NCBI GenBank assembly: GCA_964458605.1
Contig: CAYWLS010000009.1
Coordinates: 21,005-85,004 of the forward strand
Length of the DNA stretch: 64,000 nt
Reading direction: 5' to 3'
Source of the DNA: an uncultured Hyphomicrobiales bacterium
GTDB lineage: Bacteria; Pseudomonadota; Alphaproteobacteria; Reyranellales; JAQSWP01
The stretch's first letter is position 1. Each line of letters begins with the position of its first letter. A model generated the notes under the pieces. It was not told where the DNA came from, searched no databases, and worked only from the letters and a program-made list of their open reading frames with translations. Shown here one piece after another: positions 27,832-40,109 of this stretch. The position numbers and the translations under genes were made by a program.

Positions 27832-29469
27832 ATGCGTGGTCTGATGATGGACCGGCCGCTGCTGATTTCGCAGTTGATCGAGTTCGCCGCCGAATATCAC
27901 AACACCAGCGAGATCGTGTCCCGCACCGTCGAAGGGCCGATCCACCGCTACACCTATGCCGACGCCGCGCTGCGCGCGCGCAAGCTGGCCAAGGCGCTGC
28001 AGGCGCTGGGCGTCCAGCAGGGCGACCGCATCGGCACCATCGCCTGGAACGGCTATCGCCATTTCGAGATTTACTTCGCCGTCTCCGGCTCGGGCGCGGT
28101 GTGCCACACCATCAACCCGCGCCTGTTCCCCGAACAGATCGTCTACATCGCCAACCACGCCGAGGACAAGATCATCTTCGTCGATCTCAACCTGCTGCCG
28201 ATCGTCGAGAAGCTGCGCGACCAGCTCCGTTCGGTGAAGCATGTGGTGGTGATGACCGACCGCGCCCACATGCCGGACAGCGCCTTGTCGGGCCTACTGT
28301 GCTACGAGGAGCTGGTCGCCGCCCAGGACGGCAATTTCGCCTGGCCGGATTTCGACGAGAACACCGCCTCCTCGCTGTGCTACACCTCCGGCACCACGGG
28401 CAATCCCAAGGGCGTGCTTTATTCGCATCGCTCGACCATCCTGCATTCCTACGGCATCAACATGAAAGGCGTGATGGGCTTCACCGCCGACGACATCGTG
28501 CTGCCGGTGGTGCCGATGTTCCACGCCAATGCCTGGGGCATCCCCTATGCCGCGCCGATGGCCGGCGCATCCCTGGTGTTCCCCGGCTTCAAGATGGACG
28601 GCGCCAGCATCTACGAGCTGTTCGAGAGCGAAAAGGTCACGATCAGCGCCGGCGTGCCGACCATCTGGCTCGAGCTGCTGCGCTACTGCGACAACAACGG
28701 CAAGAAGCTGGAGACCCTGAAGAAGACCTTGATCGGCGGCTCGGCCGTGCCGCGCGCCATGATCGAGAAATTCGACAAGGACCACGGCGTGTTCGTGATG
28801 CACGGCTGGGGCATGACCGAGATGAGCCCGCTGGGCACCGCCAGCGACTTCAAGCGCGGCGAGCATCACCTGCCCAAGGAACAGCAATACGACCTGCAGG
28901 CCAAGCAAGGCCGGCCGGTGTTCGGCGTCGAGATGAAGATCGTCGACGACGCCGGCAACGACCTGCCCAAGGACGGCGTGGCGTTCGGCAATCTGCTGGT
29001 GCGCGGGCCGTGGATCGCCCGCGCCTATTTCAAGGGCGAAGGCACCGCCGCCTTCACCAAGGACGGCTGGTTCCACACCGGCGATGTCTGCAAGCTCGAT
29101 CCTGACGGCTACATGGTGATAACCGACCGCTCGAAGGACGTCATCAAATCGGGCGGCGAATGGATCAGCTCGATCGATGTCGAGAACCTGGCGATCGGCT
29201 GCCCGGGCGTGCAGGAGGCCGCGGTGATCGGCATCGCTCATCCCAAATGGGACGAGCGGCCGCTGCTGATCATCGTCAGGAAGGAAGGCGCCGAGCTGAC
29301 CAAGGAAGACGTGCTGCGCTATTTCGAGGGCAAGATCGCCAAATGGTGGATGCCCGACGACGTGGTGTTCGTCGACCAGCTCCCGCACACCGCCACCGGC
29401 AAGCTGCTCAAGACCAAGCTGCGCGAGGATTTCAAGGACTACCGCCTGCCCTCGATCGCGGCGGAGTAG
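27832..29469 (+). CDS. Medium/long-chain fatty-acid--CoA ligase
   Basis: GGGAGGG Shine-Dalgarno. Motifs [30 protein letters not shown] and [12 protein letters not shown]. Confidence 0.9.
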   Translation: MRGLMMDRPLLISQLIEFAAEYHNTSEIVSRTVEGPIHRYTYADAALRARKLAKALQALGVQQGDRIGTIAWNGYRHFEIYFAVSGSGAVCHTINPRLFPEQIVYIANHAEDKIIFVDLNLLPIVEKLRDQLRSVKHVVVMTDRAHMPDSALSGLLCYEELVAAQDGNFAWPDFDENTASSLCYTSGTTGNPKGVLYSHRSTILHSYGINMKGVMGFTADDIVLPVVPMFHANAWGIPYAAPMAGASLVFPGFKMDGASIYELFESEKVTISAGVPTIWLELLRYCDNNGKKLETLKKTLIGGSAVPRAMIEKFDKDHGVFVMHGWGMTEMSPLGTASDFKRGEHHLPKEQQYDLQAKQGRPVFGVEMKIVDDAGNDLPKDGVAFGNLLVRGPWIARAYFKGEGTAAFTKDGWFHTGDVCKLDPDGYMVITDRSKDVIKSGGEWISSIDVENLAIGCPGVQEAAVIGIAHPKWDERPLLIIVRKEGAELTKEDVLRYFEGKIAKWWMPDDVVFVDQLPHTATGKLLKTKLREDFKDYRLPSIAAE

Positions 29470-29475
29470 TCGTCC

Positions 29476-29510
29476 GGCCGCCGGTCCCGCACCGGCGGCC
29501 TTTTCTTTTC
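29476..29510 (+). terminator. Rho-independent terminator
   Basis: GGCCGCCGGTcccgcACCGGCGGCC followed by TTTTCTTTTC, 7 nt after the stop codon. Confidence 0.65.
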
Positions 29511-29562
29511 CGCTGCGCCGCTCGGTCGCGGCCATCACACCAAGCTGAAGGAAGTCGCCAAC

Positions 29563-31668
<2,106 letters not shown>

Positions 31669-31698
31669 CGATCGGGTGTTGCTCGCCCGCCCTGCCGA

Positions 31699-32166
31699 TT
31701 AAAACCCCAGGGCGGCGATCAACGTCCTGACCGTCATGAAGATCAGGATCAGCGAGCCGATGGTCCATAACGTCGCCCGCAAATCATGCGTCTGGGCGGT
31801 GAAGTAAGCTGCAAAATGCAGCAGCCGCGAAACCACGTAGCCGTAGAGCAGCAACTGCGCCCATAGCAGCGATGGCCCGGTCAGGACGTAAAGGAAGCCG
31901 GCGACCAGGAAGAACGGCAGGTTCTCCAGGTCGTTGTGCTGGATGCGCCGGATACGCTCGACGCGCTCGTCGGGCTGGAGCTGCCTGGGATCGGGATGCG
32001 GGTTGAGCGGCGTTTTGCGCAAATCCTCGGGCGAGCGGAAGCCGCCCTTGACCTGCATCATGCGGACGACCGTCAGCCACGACATGCTTATGGCTTTCAG
32101 GATCATCAAGGTGGCGGCGATCGCATAGGTGGCGAACACCGGGTCCTGCAGGCTCAAACTGTTCAT
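31699..32166 (-). CDS. MAPEG family membrane protein (microsomal glutathione S-transferase-like)
   Basis: 155 aa with 4 hydrophobic helices. Contains the MGST1-like segment RRIQHNDLENLPFFL. Confidence 0.8.
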   Translation of the reverse strand: MNSLSLQDPVFATYAIAATLMILKAISMSWLTVVRMMQVKGGFRSPEDLRKTPLNPHPDPRQLQPDERVERIRRIQHNDLENLPFFLVAGFLYVLTGPSLLWAQLLLYGYVVSRLLHFAAYFTAQTHDLRATLWTIGSLILIFMTVRTLIAALGF

Positions 32167-32388
32167 GTGTCGGGCTTCCCTGGCGTTGCGCGCACGGCAC
32201 CGGCCAGGTTGGCCGGCGGTCGGGCGCGATCAACAGCTAAACGTCGGCAAACCGGAAGGTCAATACCAAGGCGTGATCGCCCGCCGGTTGCGGCCGGCGA
32301 TTCGGCAGGTGCAAAGCCCCGCCGGCTCGCCTAGATTTGACGGGCAGGCGTCGAAACCCGACGCGAAGAAACGCCCAGGAGGAATGCC

Positions 32389-33573
32389 ATGGCCGATGCC
32401 GTCATCGTTTCCACAGCCCGCACGCCGATCGGCAAGGCGTTCCGCGGCATCTTCAACGACACCCATGGCGCGGATATCGGCGCCCATGTCATCAAGCACG
32501 CCGCCGAGCGCGCCAAGCTCGACCTGGCCGAGGTCGAGGACGTGATCTTCGGCTGCGGCACGCCCGAGGGCACCACCGGCATGAACGTGGCGCGCGTCTC
32601 GGCAATGCGCGCCGGCGCGCCGGTCAGCGTGTCGGGTGTCACGGTCAACCGCTTCTGCTCCTCGGGCCTGCAGACCATCTCGATGGCCGCCCAGCGCGTG
32701 CTGGTCGACAAGGTGCCGGTGGCGATCGGCGGCGGGGTGGAATCGATCAGCCTGACCCAGGGCAAGACCAACACCTATCGCCTGGTCAACGAGTGGGTGA
32801 TGGAGAAGCGGCCGGGCATCTACCACTCGATGATCCAGACCGCCGACAACGTGGCGGCGCGCTATGGCATCAGCCGCGAGGCGCAGGACGAATACGCGCT
32901 GCAGAGCCAGATGCGCACCGCCGCCGCGCAGCAGGCCGGCAAGTTCGACGACGAGATCGTGCCGATGAAGACCACCATGGTGGTCACCGACAAGAACACC
33001 GGCGAGACCTCGAAGAAAGAGACGATGCTGACCAAGGACGAAGGCAACCGGCCCGACACCAACCTGGAAGGCCTGCGCAAGCTGCAGCCGGTGGCCGGTC
33101 CCGACAAATGGATCACCGCCGGCAACGCCAGCCAGCTCTCCGACGGTGCCTCGGCGGCGGTGGTGATGACCGACGCCGAAGCCGCCCGGCGCGGGTTGAA
33201 GCCGCTGGGCATCTACAAGGGCCTGGCGGTGGCCGGTTGCGAGCCCGACGAGATGGGCATCGGCCCGGTCTTCGCGGTGCCGCCGCTGCTCAAGCGCTTC
33301 GGCCTGACCATGGACGACATCGATTTGTGGGAGCTGAACGAGGCCTTCGCGGTGCAGGTGATCTACTGCCGCGACAAGCTCGGCATCCCCAACGACAAGC
33401 TGAATGTCGATGGCGGCTCGATCTCGATCGGCCATCCTTACGGCATGTCCGGCGCGCGCATGGTCGGCCATGCGCTGATCGAGGGCCGGCGCCGCAAGGC
33501 CAAGAACGTGGTGGTGACCATGTGCATCGGCGGCGGCATGGGCGCGGCCGGGCTGTTCGAGGTCGTGCAATAA
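32389..33573 (+). CDS. Acetyl-CoA C-acyltransferase (3-ketoacyl-CoA thiolase)
   Basis: AGGAGGAA Shine-Dalgarno. Active-site region [10 protein letters not shown], plus [15 protein letters not shown] and the C-terminal CIGGGMG. Confidence 0.95.
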   Translation: MADAVIVSTARTPIGKAFRGIFNDTHGADIGAHVIKHAAERAKLDLAEVEDVIFGCGTPEGTTGMNVARVSAMRAGAPVSVSGVTVNRFCSSGLQTISMAAQRVLVDKVPVAIGGGVESISLTQGKTNTYRLVNEWVMEKRPGIYHSMIQTADNVAARYGISREAQDEYALQSQMRTAAAQQAGKFDDEIVPMKTTMVVTDKNTGETSKKETMLTKDEGNRPDTNLEGLRKLQPVAGPDKWITAGNASQLSDGASAAVVMTDAEAARRGLKPLGIYKGLAVAGCEPDEMGIGPVFAVPPLLKRFGLTMDDIDLWELNEAFAVQVIYCRDKLGIPNDKLNVDGGSISIGHPYGMSGARMVGHALIEGRRRKAKNVVVTMCIGGGMGAAGLFEVVQ

Positions 33574-33593
33574 GCGTCAACGGATAAGGAGAG

Positions 33594-33622
33594 CGGGCCC
33601 GCTTCGGCGGGCCTTCTTGTTT
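33594..33622 (+). terminator. Probable rho-independent terminator after the thiolase gene
   Basis: GGCCCGCttcgGCGGGCC followed by TTCTTGTTT. Confidence 0.55.
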
Positions 33623-33627
33623 CAGCC

Positions 33628-34089
33628 ATGGCCAAAAGCAAATCCATCGCCGCCGGATCCACCGCACCCGTGTTGAAGGTCCGCCCCTACAAACCGGCGG
33701 ATCGCAAGGCGCTGATTGCGTTGTGGACCGCCTGCGGCCTGACCCGGCCGTGGAACCCGCCCGATCGCGACATCGATCTGTGCGTCAAGTCCAAGCATGG
33801 CGCCATCCTGGTCGGCGAGCTGGATGGCCGGATCGCCGCGGCGGCCATGGTCGGCCATGACGGCCATCGCGGCTGGGTCTATTACGTGGCCGCCGATCCG
33901 CAGCATCAGCGTCGCGGCCTGGGCGCGGCGATCATGGCGGCGGCCGAGGCCTGGCTGCAGAAGCGCGATGTGCCCAAGATCATGCTGCTGATCCGGCCCG
34001 AGAACAAAAAGGTCGCGCGCTTCTACAAGAGCCTGGGCTACGAGATCGAACCGCGCGTGCTGATGAGCAAGCGCTTCGCCGATCAATAG
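33628..34089 (+). CDS. GNAT family N-acetyltransferase (YpeA-like)
   Basis: 153 aa with the acetyl-CoA binding segment QHQRRGLGAAIMAAAEAWL. Confidence 0.85.
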   Translation: MAKSKSIAAGSTAPVLKVRPYKPADRKALIALWTACGLTRPWNPPDRDIDLCVKSKHGAILVGELDGRIAAAAMVGHDGHRGWVYYVAADPQHQRRGLGAAIMAAAEAWLQKRDVPKIMLLIRPENKKVARFYKSLGYEIEPRVLMSKRFADQ

Positions 34090-34092
34090 CGC

Positions 34093-35526
34093 TCAATAGC
34101 CGGGGGGCTTGGGGCACGGCCCCAGCGTCTTCTCGATGCGCTCGGCGATGGCCAGCAGCTTCATCTCGTCCCAGCGCTTGCCGATCATCTGCACGCCGAT
34201 CGGCAACCCCGCCCCCGACATTCCGGCTGGGATCGCCACCGCCGGCTGGCCGGTGAGATTGGCCAGGAAGCTGTAGGCGGTCGCCGCCTGCCAATAAGGG
34301 AATTCCTTGCCGTCGATCGCCAGGGTGCCGCCGCTGCGGCCGCGCGCGAAAGCGGGGAACGGCGCCACCGGCGCAATCAAGGCGTCGTACTGGCCGAAGA
34401 AGCTTTCCATGGCGCGGATCACCTGGTCGCGATAGTCGAGCAGCTTGGCGAATTCCGGCATCTCCAGCCGCGCCGCCTTGGCGGTGGCACGGCGGCTGGG
34501 ATCGGGCGAATCGGCATAGGCGAAGAAGCGCTGCCGGCTTTCCAGCGGCTCGAAGGTGCGGGTCATGTAGCCGATCAATTCCGACCACGCGGTCCAGGCG
34601 CGCTCGAAGTCGATGCCTTGCGGCACCACGTTCTTCAGCTTGAATCCGGCACGCTTCAGGGTCCGGGCCAATTGCTCGACCACGCGCCGCGTGTCGGCAT
34701 CGGCCGGCACGAACGGCCATTCGGCAGCCCAGGCGATGGTGGTCTGCTTCGGGTCGACCGTCACCGGCGTCAGCGGCGCGGGCGGCACTTCGATATCGAT
34801 GCCGTCCGGTCCGGCCGTGACCTGCAGCCCGATGCGCAGATCGGCCACCATGTGCGCCAGGAAGCCGAACGTGCCCATGTAGCGCACCGCCTTGGGCGCA
34901 TCGGGCATGTTGGGCACATGGCCGGTGCCGGGTACGCGCCACTCGCTGGTCTTCAGGCCATAGACGCCGCAGAAATGGCTGGGGATGCGCACCGAGCCGC
35001 CGATATCGCTGCCGATCTCGAACGGCGTCAGCCGCGCCGCCACCGCCGCCCCGCCGCCGCCGGTCGAGCCGCCCGGCGTGCGCGCCGCATCCCATGGGTT
35101 CTTGCTCTCGCCGAACAGCGGCGACTTGCACTGCACGTCCATGCAAAGCTCGGGCACGTTGGTCTTGCCCAGGATCACCGCGCCCGCCGCTTTCAGGCGC
35201 GCCACCGCACTGGCGTCGCGCGCGGCGACATTGTCGGCAAGCGGCGGATGGCTGGAGGTGGTCTTCCAGCCGGCCACGTCGTAAGCTTCCTTCACCGTGA
35301 TCGGCACGCCGTGCAAGGCACCCATGCTCCTGCCCTTGGCCAGCATGCGGTCGGCGGCGCGCGCCGTGGCCAGCGCGCCCTTGGCATCGACCAGCACCAG
35401 CGCGTTGATCGCCGCATTGCGCGCGGCGATGCGGTCCAGAAACGCCCGCGTCGCCTCGACAGACGAAACCCGGCCGCGCGCGATCGCCCTGGCCAACGCG
35501 CCGGCCGACATGTCGGTGATGTTCAT
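34093..35526 (-). CDS. Amidase (amidase-signature family)
   Basis: Starts MNITDMSAGALARAI. Contains GVPITVKEAYDV and the signature GGSTGGGGAAVAA. The part of the listed 755-aa ORF upstream of 35526 is antisense to the next SDR gene and is rejected. Confidence 0.9.
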   Translation of the reverse strand: MNITDMSAGALARAIARGRVSSVEATRAFLDRIAARNAAINALVLVDAKGALATARAADRMLAKGRSMGALHGVPITVKEAYDVAGWKTTSSHPPLADNVAARDASAVARLKAAGAVILGKTNVPELCMDVQCKSPLFGESKNPWDAARTPGGSTGGGGAAVAARLTPFEIGSDIGGSVRIPSHFCGVYGLKTSEWRVPGTGHVPNMPDAPKAVRYMGTFGFLAHMVADLRIGLQVTAGPDGIDIEVPPAPLTPVTVDPKQTTIAWAAEWPFVPADADTRRVVEQLARTLKRAGFKLKNVVPQGIDFERAWTAWSELIGYMTRTFEPLESRQRFFAYADSPDPSRRATAKAARLEMPEFAKLLDYRDQVIRAMESFFGQYDALIAPVAPFPAFARGRSGGTLAIDGKEFPYWQAATAYSFLANLTGQPAVAIPAGMSGAGLPIGVQMIGKRWDEMKLLAIAERIEKTLGPCPKPPGY

Positions 35527-35655
35527 GGGCTTCCTCCCGCGACACTTTGTTCGTTGCCACAAGCCTAGCGCGCCGCGCCACACTGCGGAACGGCCTGATT
35601 GTGCCGCCGCCCCACGCGGGCTAAAAATCCAACGACAACGACGGTGGGGGAAGCC

Positions 35656-36510
35656 ATGAGCCTGAAGGGCAAGACCATGTTCGTCTCCGGCGCCAGCCGC
35701 GGCATCGGCCTGGCGATCGCGCTGCGCGCGGCCCAGGACGGCGCCAACGTGATCGTCGCCGCCAAGACCGCCCTGCCCGACAAGCGCCTGCCCGGCACCA
35801 TCTATTCCGCCGCCGAGGCGATCGAGCAGGCCGGCGGCCAGGCGCTGCCGGCGATCTGCGACATCCGCGACGAGCAGTCGGTGATCGACGCGGTCGAAGC
35901 CGGCGTCGCCAAATTCGGCGGCATCGACATCCTGGTCAACAACGCCAGCGCCATCGGCCTGACCGGCACCCTGGCGACGCCGATGAAGCGCTACGACCTG
36001 ATGCACCAGATCAATCTGCGCGGCACGTTCATGGTGTCGCAGAAATGCATCCCGCATCTGATGAAGGCGGCCAACCCGCATGTGCTGAACCTGTCGCCGC
36101 CGCTCGACATGGACGTGAAATGGTTCGCACCGCATGTCGCCTACACCATGGCCAAGTTCGGCATGAGCATGTGCGCCTGGGCGATGGCGGCGGAGTTCAA
36201 GGATCAGGGCATCGCCTTCAACACCTTGTGGCCGCGCACCGCCATCGCCACCGCCGCGATCCAGAACCTGCTGGGCGGCGACGAGATGATGAAGCGCAGC
36301 CGCAAGCCGGAGATCATGGCCGATGCCGCCTATGCCATCTTCAACCGGCCGAGCCGGCAATGCAGCGGCAATTTCTTCATCGACGACGAGGTGCTGGCCG
36401 CCGAAGGCGTGACCGATTTCGACCGCTACGCCGTCACGCCGGGCGTCGAGCTGGTGCCCGACTTCTTCATCCCCGGCCAGGGCTATGGCCGGGCCGGCGG
36501 CCTGAGCTGA
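35656..36510 (+). CDS. SDR oxidoreductase, HSDL2-like
   Basis: Starts MSLKGKTMFVSGASRGIGLAIALRAAQDGANV. Also has NNASAI and YTMAKFGMSM. Confidence 0.85.
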   Translation: MSLKGKTMFVSGASRGIGLAIALRAAQDGANVIVAAKTALPDKRLPGTIYSAAEAIEQAGGQALPAICDIRDEQSVIDAVEAGVAKFGGIDILVNNASAIGLTGTLATPMKRYDLMHQINLRGTFMVSQKCIPHLMKAANPHVLNLSPPLDMDVKWFAPHVAYTMAKFGMSMCAWAMAAEFKDQGIAFNTLWPRTAIATAAIQNLLGGDEMMKRSRKPEIMADAAYAIFNRPSRQCSGNFFIDDEVLAAEGVTDFDRYAVTPGVELVPDFFIPGQGYGRAGGLS

Positions 36511-36521
36511 GGAGCGGTGCG

Positions 36522-37253
36522 GTGGCGCATTTCATCCTGATTCACGGCGCCAGCCATGGCGGCTGGTGCTGGGACAAGGTCGTCACGCTGCTCCAGGCCG
36601 ACGGCCACAGCGTGGCGGCGCCCGACCTGCCGGGCGCCGGCAGCGACCGCACCCATCTGGCCGATATCGACCTGCCGCTCTACGTCAAGCGCGTGGTGGC
36701 GGCGATCGATGCCGCGCCGTCGCCGCCGGTGCTGGTCGGCCATTCGATGGGCGGCGTCAGCATCACCGAGGCGGGCGAGGCGCGCGCCGACAAGATCGCC
36801 TGCCTGGTGTTCCTTACCGCGATGATGCCGGCCGACGGGCAATACGCCCGCGAGATCTCGGCCCGCCTGCCCGGCTCGCTGCTGTCGCGCTCGCTGGAAC
36901 TGGCCAATGACGGCATCAGCTACGCCTACAAGAAGGCCAACGCGCCGACCCTGTTCTACAACGACTGCTCGCCGGAAGACACCTACGCCGCCATGCAGCG
37001 GCTGCGGCCGATGCCGCGCAACGTCACCATGACGCCGATCCACACCACGCCCGAGCGCTTCGGCCGGCTCAAGCGCGTCTATATCGAATGCACCCTGGAC
37101 CAGGCGATCCCGCTGGAACTGCAGCGGGTCATGCAGAAGGCCGTACCGCCGGACCGGACCATCACCATGCAGGCCGGCCACTCGCCCTTCCTGTCCGCGC
37201 CTGAGGAACTGGCGCGACATTTCGAGGAAATCGCGAAATGGACGGGGGTGTGA
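36522..37253 (+). CDS. Alpha/beta hydrolase, methylesterase (SABP2/MES)-like
   Basis: In-frame GTG start. Contains HFILIHGASHGGWCWDKV and the nucleophile elbow GHSMGG. Confidence 0.75.
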   Translation: MAHFILIHGASHGGWCWDKVVTLLQADGHSVAAPDLPGAGSDRTHLADIDLPLYVKRVVAAIDAAPSPPVLVGHSMGGVSITEAGEARADKIACLVFLTAMMPADGQYAREISARLPGSLLSRSLELANDGISYAYKKANAPTLFYNDCSPEDTYAAMQRLRPMPRNVTMTPIHTTPERFGRLKRVYIECTLDQAIPLELQRVMQKAVPPDRTITMQAGHSPFLSAPEELARHFEEIAKWTGV

Positions 37254-37259
37254 TCGTCT

Positions 37260-37406
37260 TCACCTCTCCCCTTGTGGGAGAGGTCGCGAGCGCTTTAGCG
37301 CGAGCGGGTGAGGGGTGATCACAGGCGATCTGTGTAACACCCCTCACCCGCCCGTTCTCACGCTGCGCGTTCGAACGGTCGACCTCTCCCACAAGGGGAG
37401 AGGTGA
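37260..37406. repeat. Nested palindromic extragenic (REP-like) element
   Basis: The outer arms are TCACCTCTCCCCTTGTGGGAGAGGTCG (37260-37286) and CGACCTCTCCCACAAGGGGAGAGGTGA (37380-37406), and each arm is itself a hairpin. The inner arms are CGGGTGAGGGGTG (37305-37317) and CACCCCTCACCCG (37338-37350). The element lies between convergent genes. Confidence 0.7.
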
Positions 37407-37411
37407 AAAAT

Positions 37412-38209
37412 TCACCGCCCCTTGAACACTGGCTTGCGCTTCTCGACGAAGGCGGTGACACCTTCCAGGTGATCGGCCGAGGCGGCGCAGCGGGCGATGG
37501 CTTCGGCCTCGCGATGGAGCTGGGAATCGAAATTGCTCTCCAGCGAATTGTGCATCAGCCGCTTGACCTCGCCGTAAGCAAAGGTCGGTCCCACTGCCAG
37601 GCGGCGGGTCAGCTTCTCGGTCTCGGCCTCGAGCTGGGCGCGCGGCACCACGAAATTGACGATGCCCAGTTCCTGCGCTTTCTTGGCGTCGAACCGCTCC
37701 GCCAGATAGGCGATCTCCAGCGCCTTGCGGGTGCCGACCAGCCGCGGCAGCCAGTAGGTGGCGCCGCCATCGGCCGAGAAGCCGATATTCGCGTAGGCCA
37801 ACGTGAAGAACGCATCGTCGGCGGCGATCGCCAGATCGGCCGCCATCATCAGGCTGAGGCCGAAACCGGCCGCGGCGCCCTGCACCGACACCACGGTCGG
37901 CTTGTTCATGCGGCGGAACGAATAGATCAGCGCATGCAGCAGGTTGACCTTCCATTCCAGCCCGGCGGCATGCGCCTTCTGGTCGGATTTGAGCCGCTCG
38001 TAGAAACCCTTGACGTCGCCGCCGGCCATGAAGTGGTCGCCCGCGCCGCGCAGCAGCACGCAGCGCACCGCGTCGTCGCGCTCGAAGGCGGCGGTGGCGT
38101 CGGTCAGGCCCTTGGTCATGTCGTCGCTCAAGGCGTTGAGCGATTGCGGGCGGTTGAGCGTGATGATGCCCACCCCGTCCCTGATCTCGGTCAGCACGTC
38201 CTGGCTCAT
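37412..38209 (-). CDS. Enoyl-CoA hydratase/isomerase family protein
   Basis: GGAGGG Shine-Dalgarno. Contains GIITLNRPQSLNAL, FMAGGDVK and VQGAAAGFGLSLMMAADL. Confidence 0.9.
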   Translation of the reverse strand: MSQDVLTEIRDGVGIITLNRPQSLNALSDDMTKGLTDATAAFERDDAVRCVLLRGAGDHFMAGGDVKGFYERLKSDQKAHAAGLEWKVNLLHALIYSFRRMNKPTVVSVQGAAAGFGLSLMMAADLAIAADDAFFTLAYANIGFSADGGATYWLPRLVGTRKALEIAYLAERFDAKKAQELGIVNFVVPRAQLEAETEKLTRRLAVGPTFAYGEVKRLMHNSLESNFDSQLHREAEAIARCAASADHLEGVTAFVEKRKPVFKGR

Positions 38210-38218
38210 AATTCCCTC

Positions 38219-38252
38219 CGGAAAAAGAAACGGCGCCTTTTCTGGCGCCGTC
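38219..38252 (-). terminator. Possible intra-operon terminator/attenuator between the dehydrogenase and hydratase genes
   Basis: On the minus strand, ACGGCGCCagaaaaGGCGCCGT is followed by TTCTTTTTCC, and this is immediately followed by the hydratase Shine-Dalgarno and ATG. Confidence 0.5.
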
Positions 38253-38263
38253 GATTGTTTTCG

Positions 38264-40051
38264 TTAAAAAGCTTCGGCCGGCATGGCCATCATCGGCTCG
38301 ACGCCGGCCTGGATCTGCGCCGCCAGCGCATCGGCCTGCGGCAGTACGCGCTTGATGAAGAACCGGCCGGTGATCAGCTTGGCGTTGTAGAACTCGGCGT
38401 CGCTGGCCTTCTCCTTGCCGCCCAGCGCCGCCTTGGCGATGCGCGCCCACATATAGGTCATGGCGGTGAGCGCGAACAGGCGCAGGAAATCGCTGGCCGC
38501 GCCGCCGGCTTCCTCGTGGTTGCGCATGGCGTTCTGCATCAGCCACATCACCGTGGCCTGCAACTGGTTGACCGCCTTGTCCAGCGCCGTCACATAGTCC
38601 GCCAGCGCCGCGTTGGCCTTGTTCTCGGCGACGAAGCCGTGCAGCAGCGCCAGCCATTTCTGCATCGGCCGGCCGCCATTCATCGGCAGCTTGCGGCCCA
38701 CCAGGTCGAGCGCCTGGATGCCGTTGGCGCCTTCGTAGAGCTGGGTGATGCGCGCGTCGCGCACCAGTTGCTCGACGCCGTTCTCGCGGATATAGCCGTG
38801 GCCGCCATAGACCTGCACCGCCCAGTTGGCGGATTCGAAGCCCTGGTCGGTGAAATAGGCCTTCACCACCGGGGTCAGCAGCGCCAGCAGGTCTTCCGCT
38901 TCCTCGCGCTTGGCGGCATCGTCGCTGTGGCGCGCGGTGTCGATCATGGTGCCGACCCAATAGGCCAGCGCGCGGGCGCCCTCGCTGAACGACTTCTGCA
39001 GCAGCAGCATGCGCCGCACGTCGGGATGCACGATGATCGGATCGGCCGGCTTGTCCGGCGCCTTGGGACCGGACAGCGAGCGGCCCTGCAGGCGCTCCTT
39101 GGCATAGGAAGCCGCGCTCTGATAGGCGGTCTCGGCCAAGCCCAGCCCCTGCATGCCGACGCCCAGGCGCGCGGCGTTCATCATCACGAACATGGCGTTG
39201 AGGCCCTTGTTGGCCTCGCCGATCAGCCAGCCGGTGGCGCCGTCGAAATTCATCACGCAAGTGGCGGACGCCTTGATGCCCATCTTGTGCTCGATGGCGC
39301 CGCAGGCGAAGCCGTTGCGCGGGCCCGGCGTGCCGTCGGCCTTGGGCAGGAATTTCGGCACGATGAACAGGGAGATGCCTTTGGTGCCGCCCGGCGCGTC
39401 GGGCAGACGGGCCAGCACCAGGTGGATGATGTTCTGGGAAAGATCGTGCTCGCCGGCCGAGATGAAGATCTTGGTGCCGGTGATCTTGTAGGTGCCGTCG
39501 GCCTGCGGCTCGGCGCGGGTGCGCAGCATGCCCAGATCGGTGCCGCAATGCGGCTCGGTCAGGCACATCGTGCCCGACCATTCGCCGCTGCCCAGCTTGG
39601 GCAGATAGCGCTGCTTCAGCTCGTCATTGGCGTGATGATTGATCGCCTCGTAGGCACCGGCCGACAGGCCCGGATACATGCCGAACGCCAAATTGGCCGA
39701 GCAGATCATCTCCTGCACCACGAAGCCGACCGTGGCCGGCAGGCCCTGCCCGCCGTAATCGGGATCGGTCGACAGATTGGTCCAGCCGCCGCCGGTGAAG
39801 GTGTCGTAGGCTTCCTTGAAGCCCTTGGGCGTGCGCACCACGCCGTTCTCGAAGCTGCAGCCTTCCTCGTCGCCGGAGCGGTTGAGCGGAAACAGCACTT
39901 GCTCGCAGATCTTGGCCGCCTCCTCCAGCACCGCGTCGATCACGTCGGGCGTGATGTCGGCGAAATTGGGCAGCGACGCGATGGCGTCGACATTCAGCAC
40001 CTCGTTGAGCACGAAGCGCATGTCGCGCAGCGGAGCCTTGTAGACAGCCAT
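38264..40051 (-). CDS. Long (595-aa) acyl-CoA dehydrogenase, paralog of 25878..27665
   Basis: Starts MAVYKAPLRDMRFVLNEVLNVD. Motifs SGTMCLTEPHCGTDLGML, GEHDLSQNIIHLVLAR and GISLFIVPKF. Same length as the paralog. Confidence 0.9.
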   Translation of the reverse strand: MAVYKAPLRDMRFVLNEVLNVDAIASLPNFADITPDVIDAVLEEAAKICEQVLFPLNRSGDEEGCSFENGVVRTPKGFKEAYDTFTGGGWTNLSTDPDYGGQGLPATVGFVVQEMICSANLAFGMYPGLSAGAYEAINHHANDELKQRYLPKLGSGEWSGTMCLTEPHCGTDLGMLRTRAEPQADGTYKITGTKIFISAGEHDLSQNIIHLVLARLPDAPGGTKGISLFIVPKFLPKADGTPGPRNGFACGAIEHKMGIKASATCVMNFDGATGWLIGEANKGLNAMFVMMNAARLGVGMQGLGLAETAYQSAASYAKERLQGRSLSGPKAPDKPADPIIVHPDVRRMLLLQKSFSEGARALAYWVGTMIDTARHSDDAAKREEAEDLLALLTPVVKAYFTDQGFESANWAVQVYGGHGYIRENGVEQLVRDARITQLYEGANGIQALDLVGRKLPMNGGRPMQKWLALLHGFVAENKANAALADYVTALDKAVNQLQATVMWLMQNAMRNHEEAGGAASDFLRLFALTAMTYMWARIAKAALGGKEKASDAEFYNAKLITGRFFIKRVLPQADALAAQIQAGVEPMMAMPAEAF

Positions 40052-40109
40052 GATCCATCCTCCCGGATTGCGCGGGGCCGACGCTCGGCCCCGATCGGTG
40101 TTATGGGAA

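Noticed and set aside
37162-37461. A 99-aa minus-strand ORF, and the end of the plus-strand ORF, that read through the palindromic element (peptides such as SPLVGEVDRSNAQRENGRVRGV).
   Set aside because: The ORF is created by the REP-like repeat itself. It has no start context and overlaps the 3' end of the hydrolase gene and the hydratase stop.
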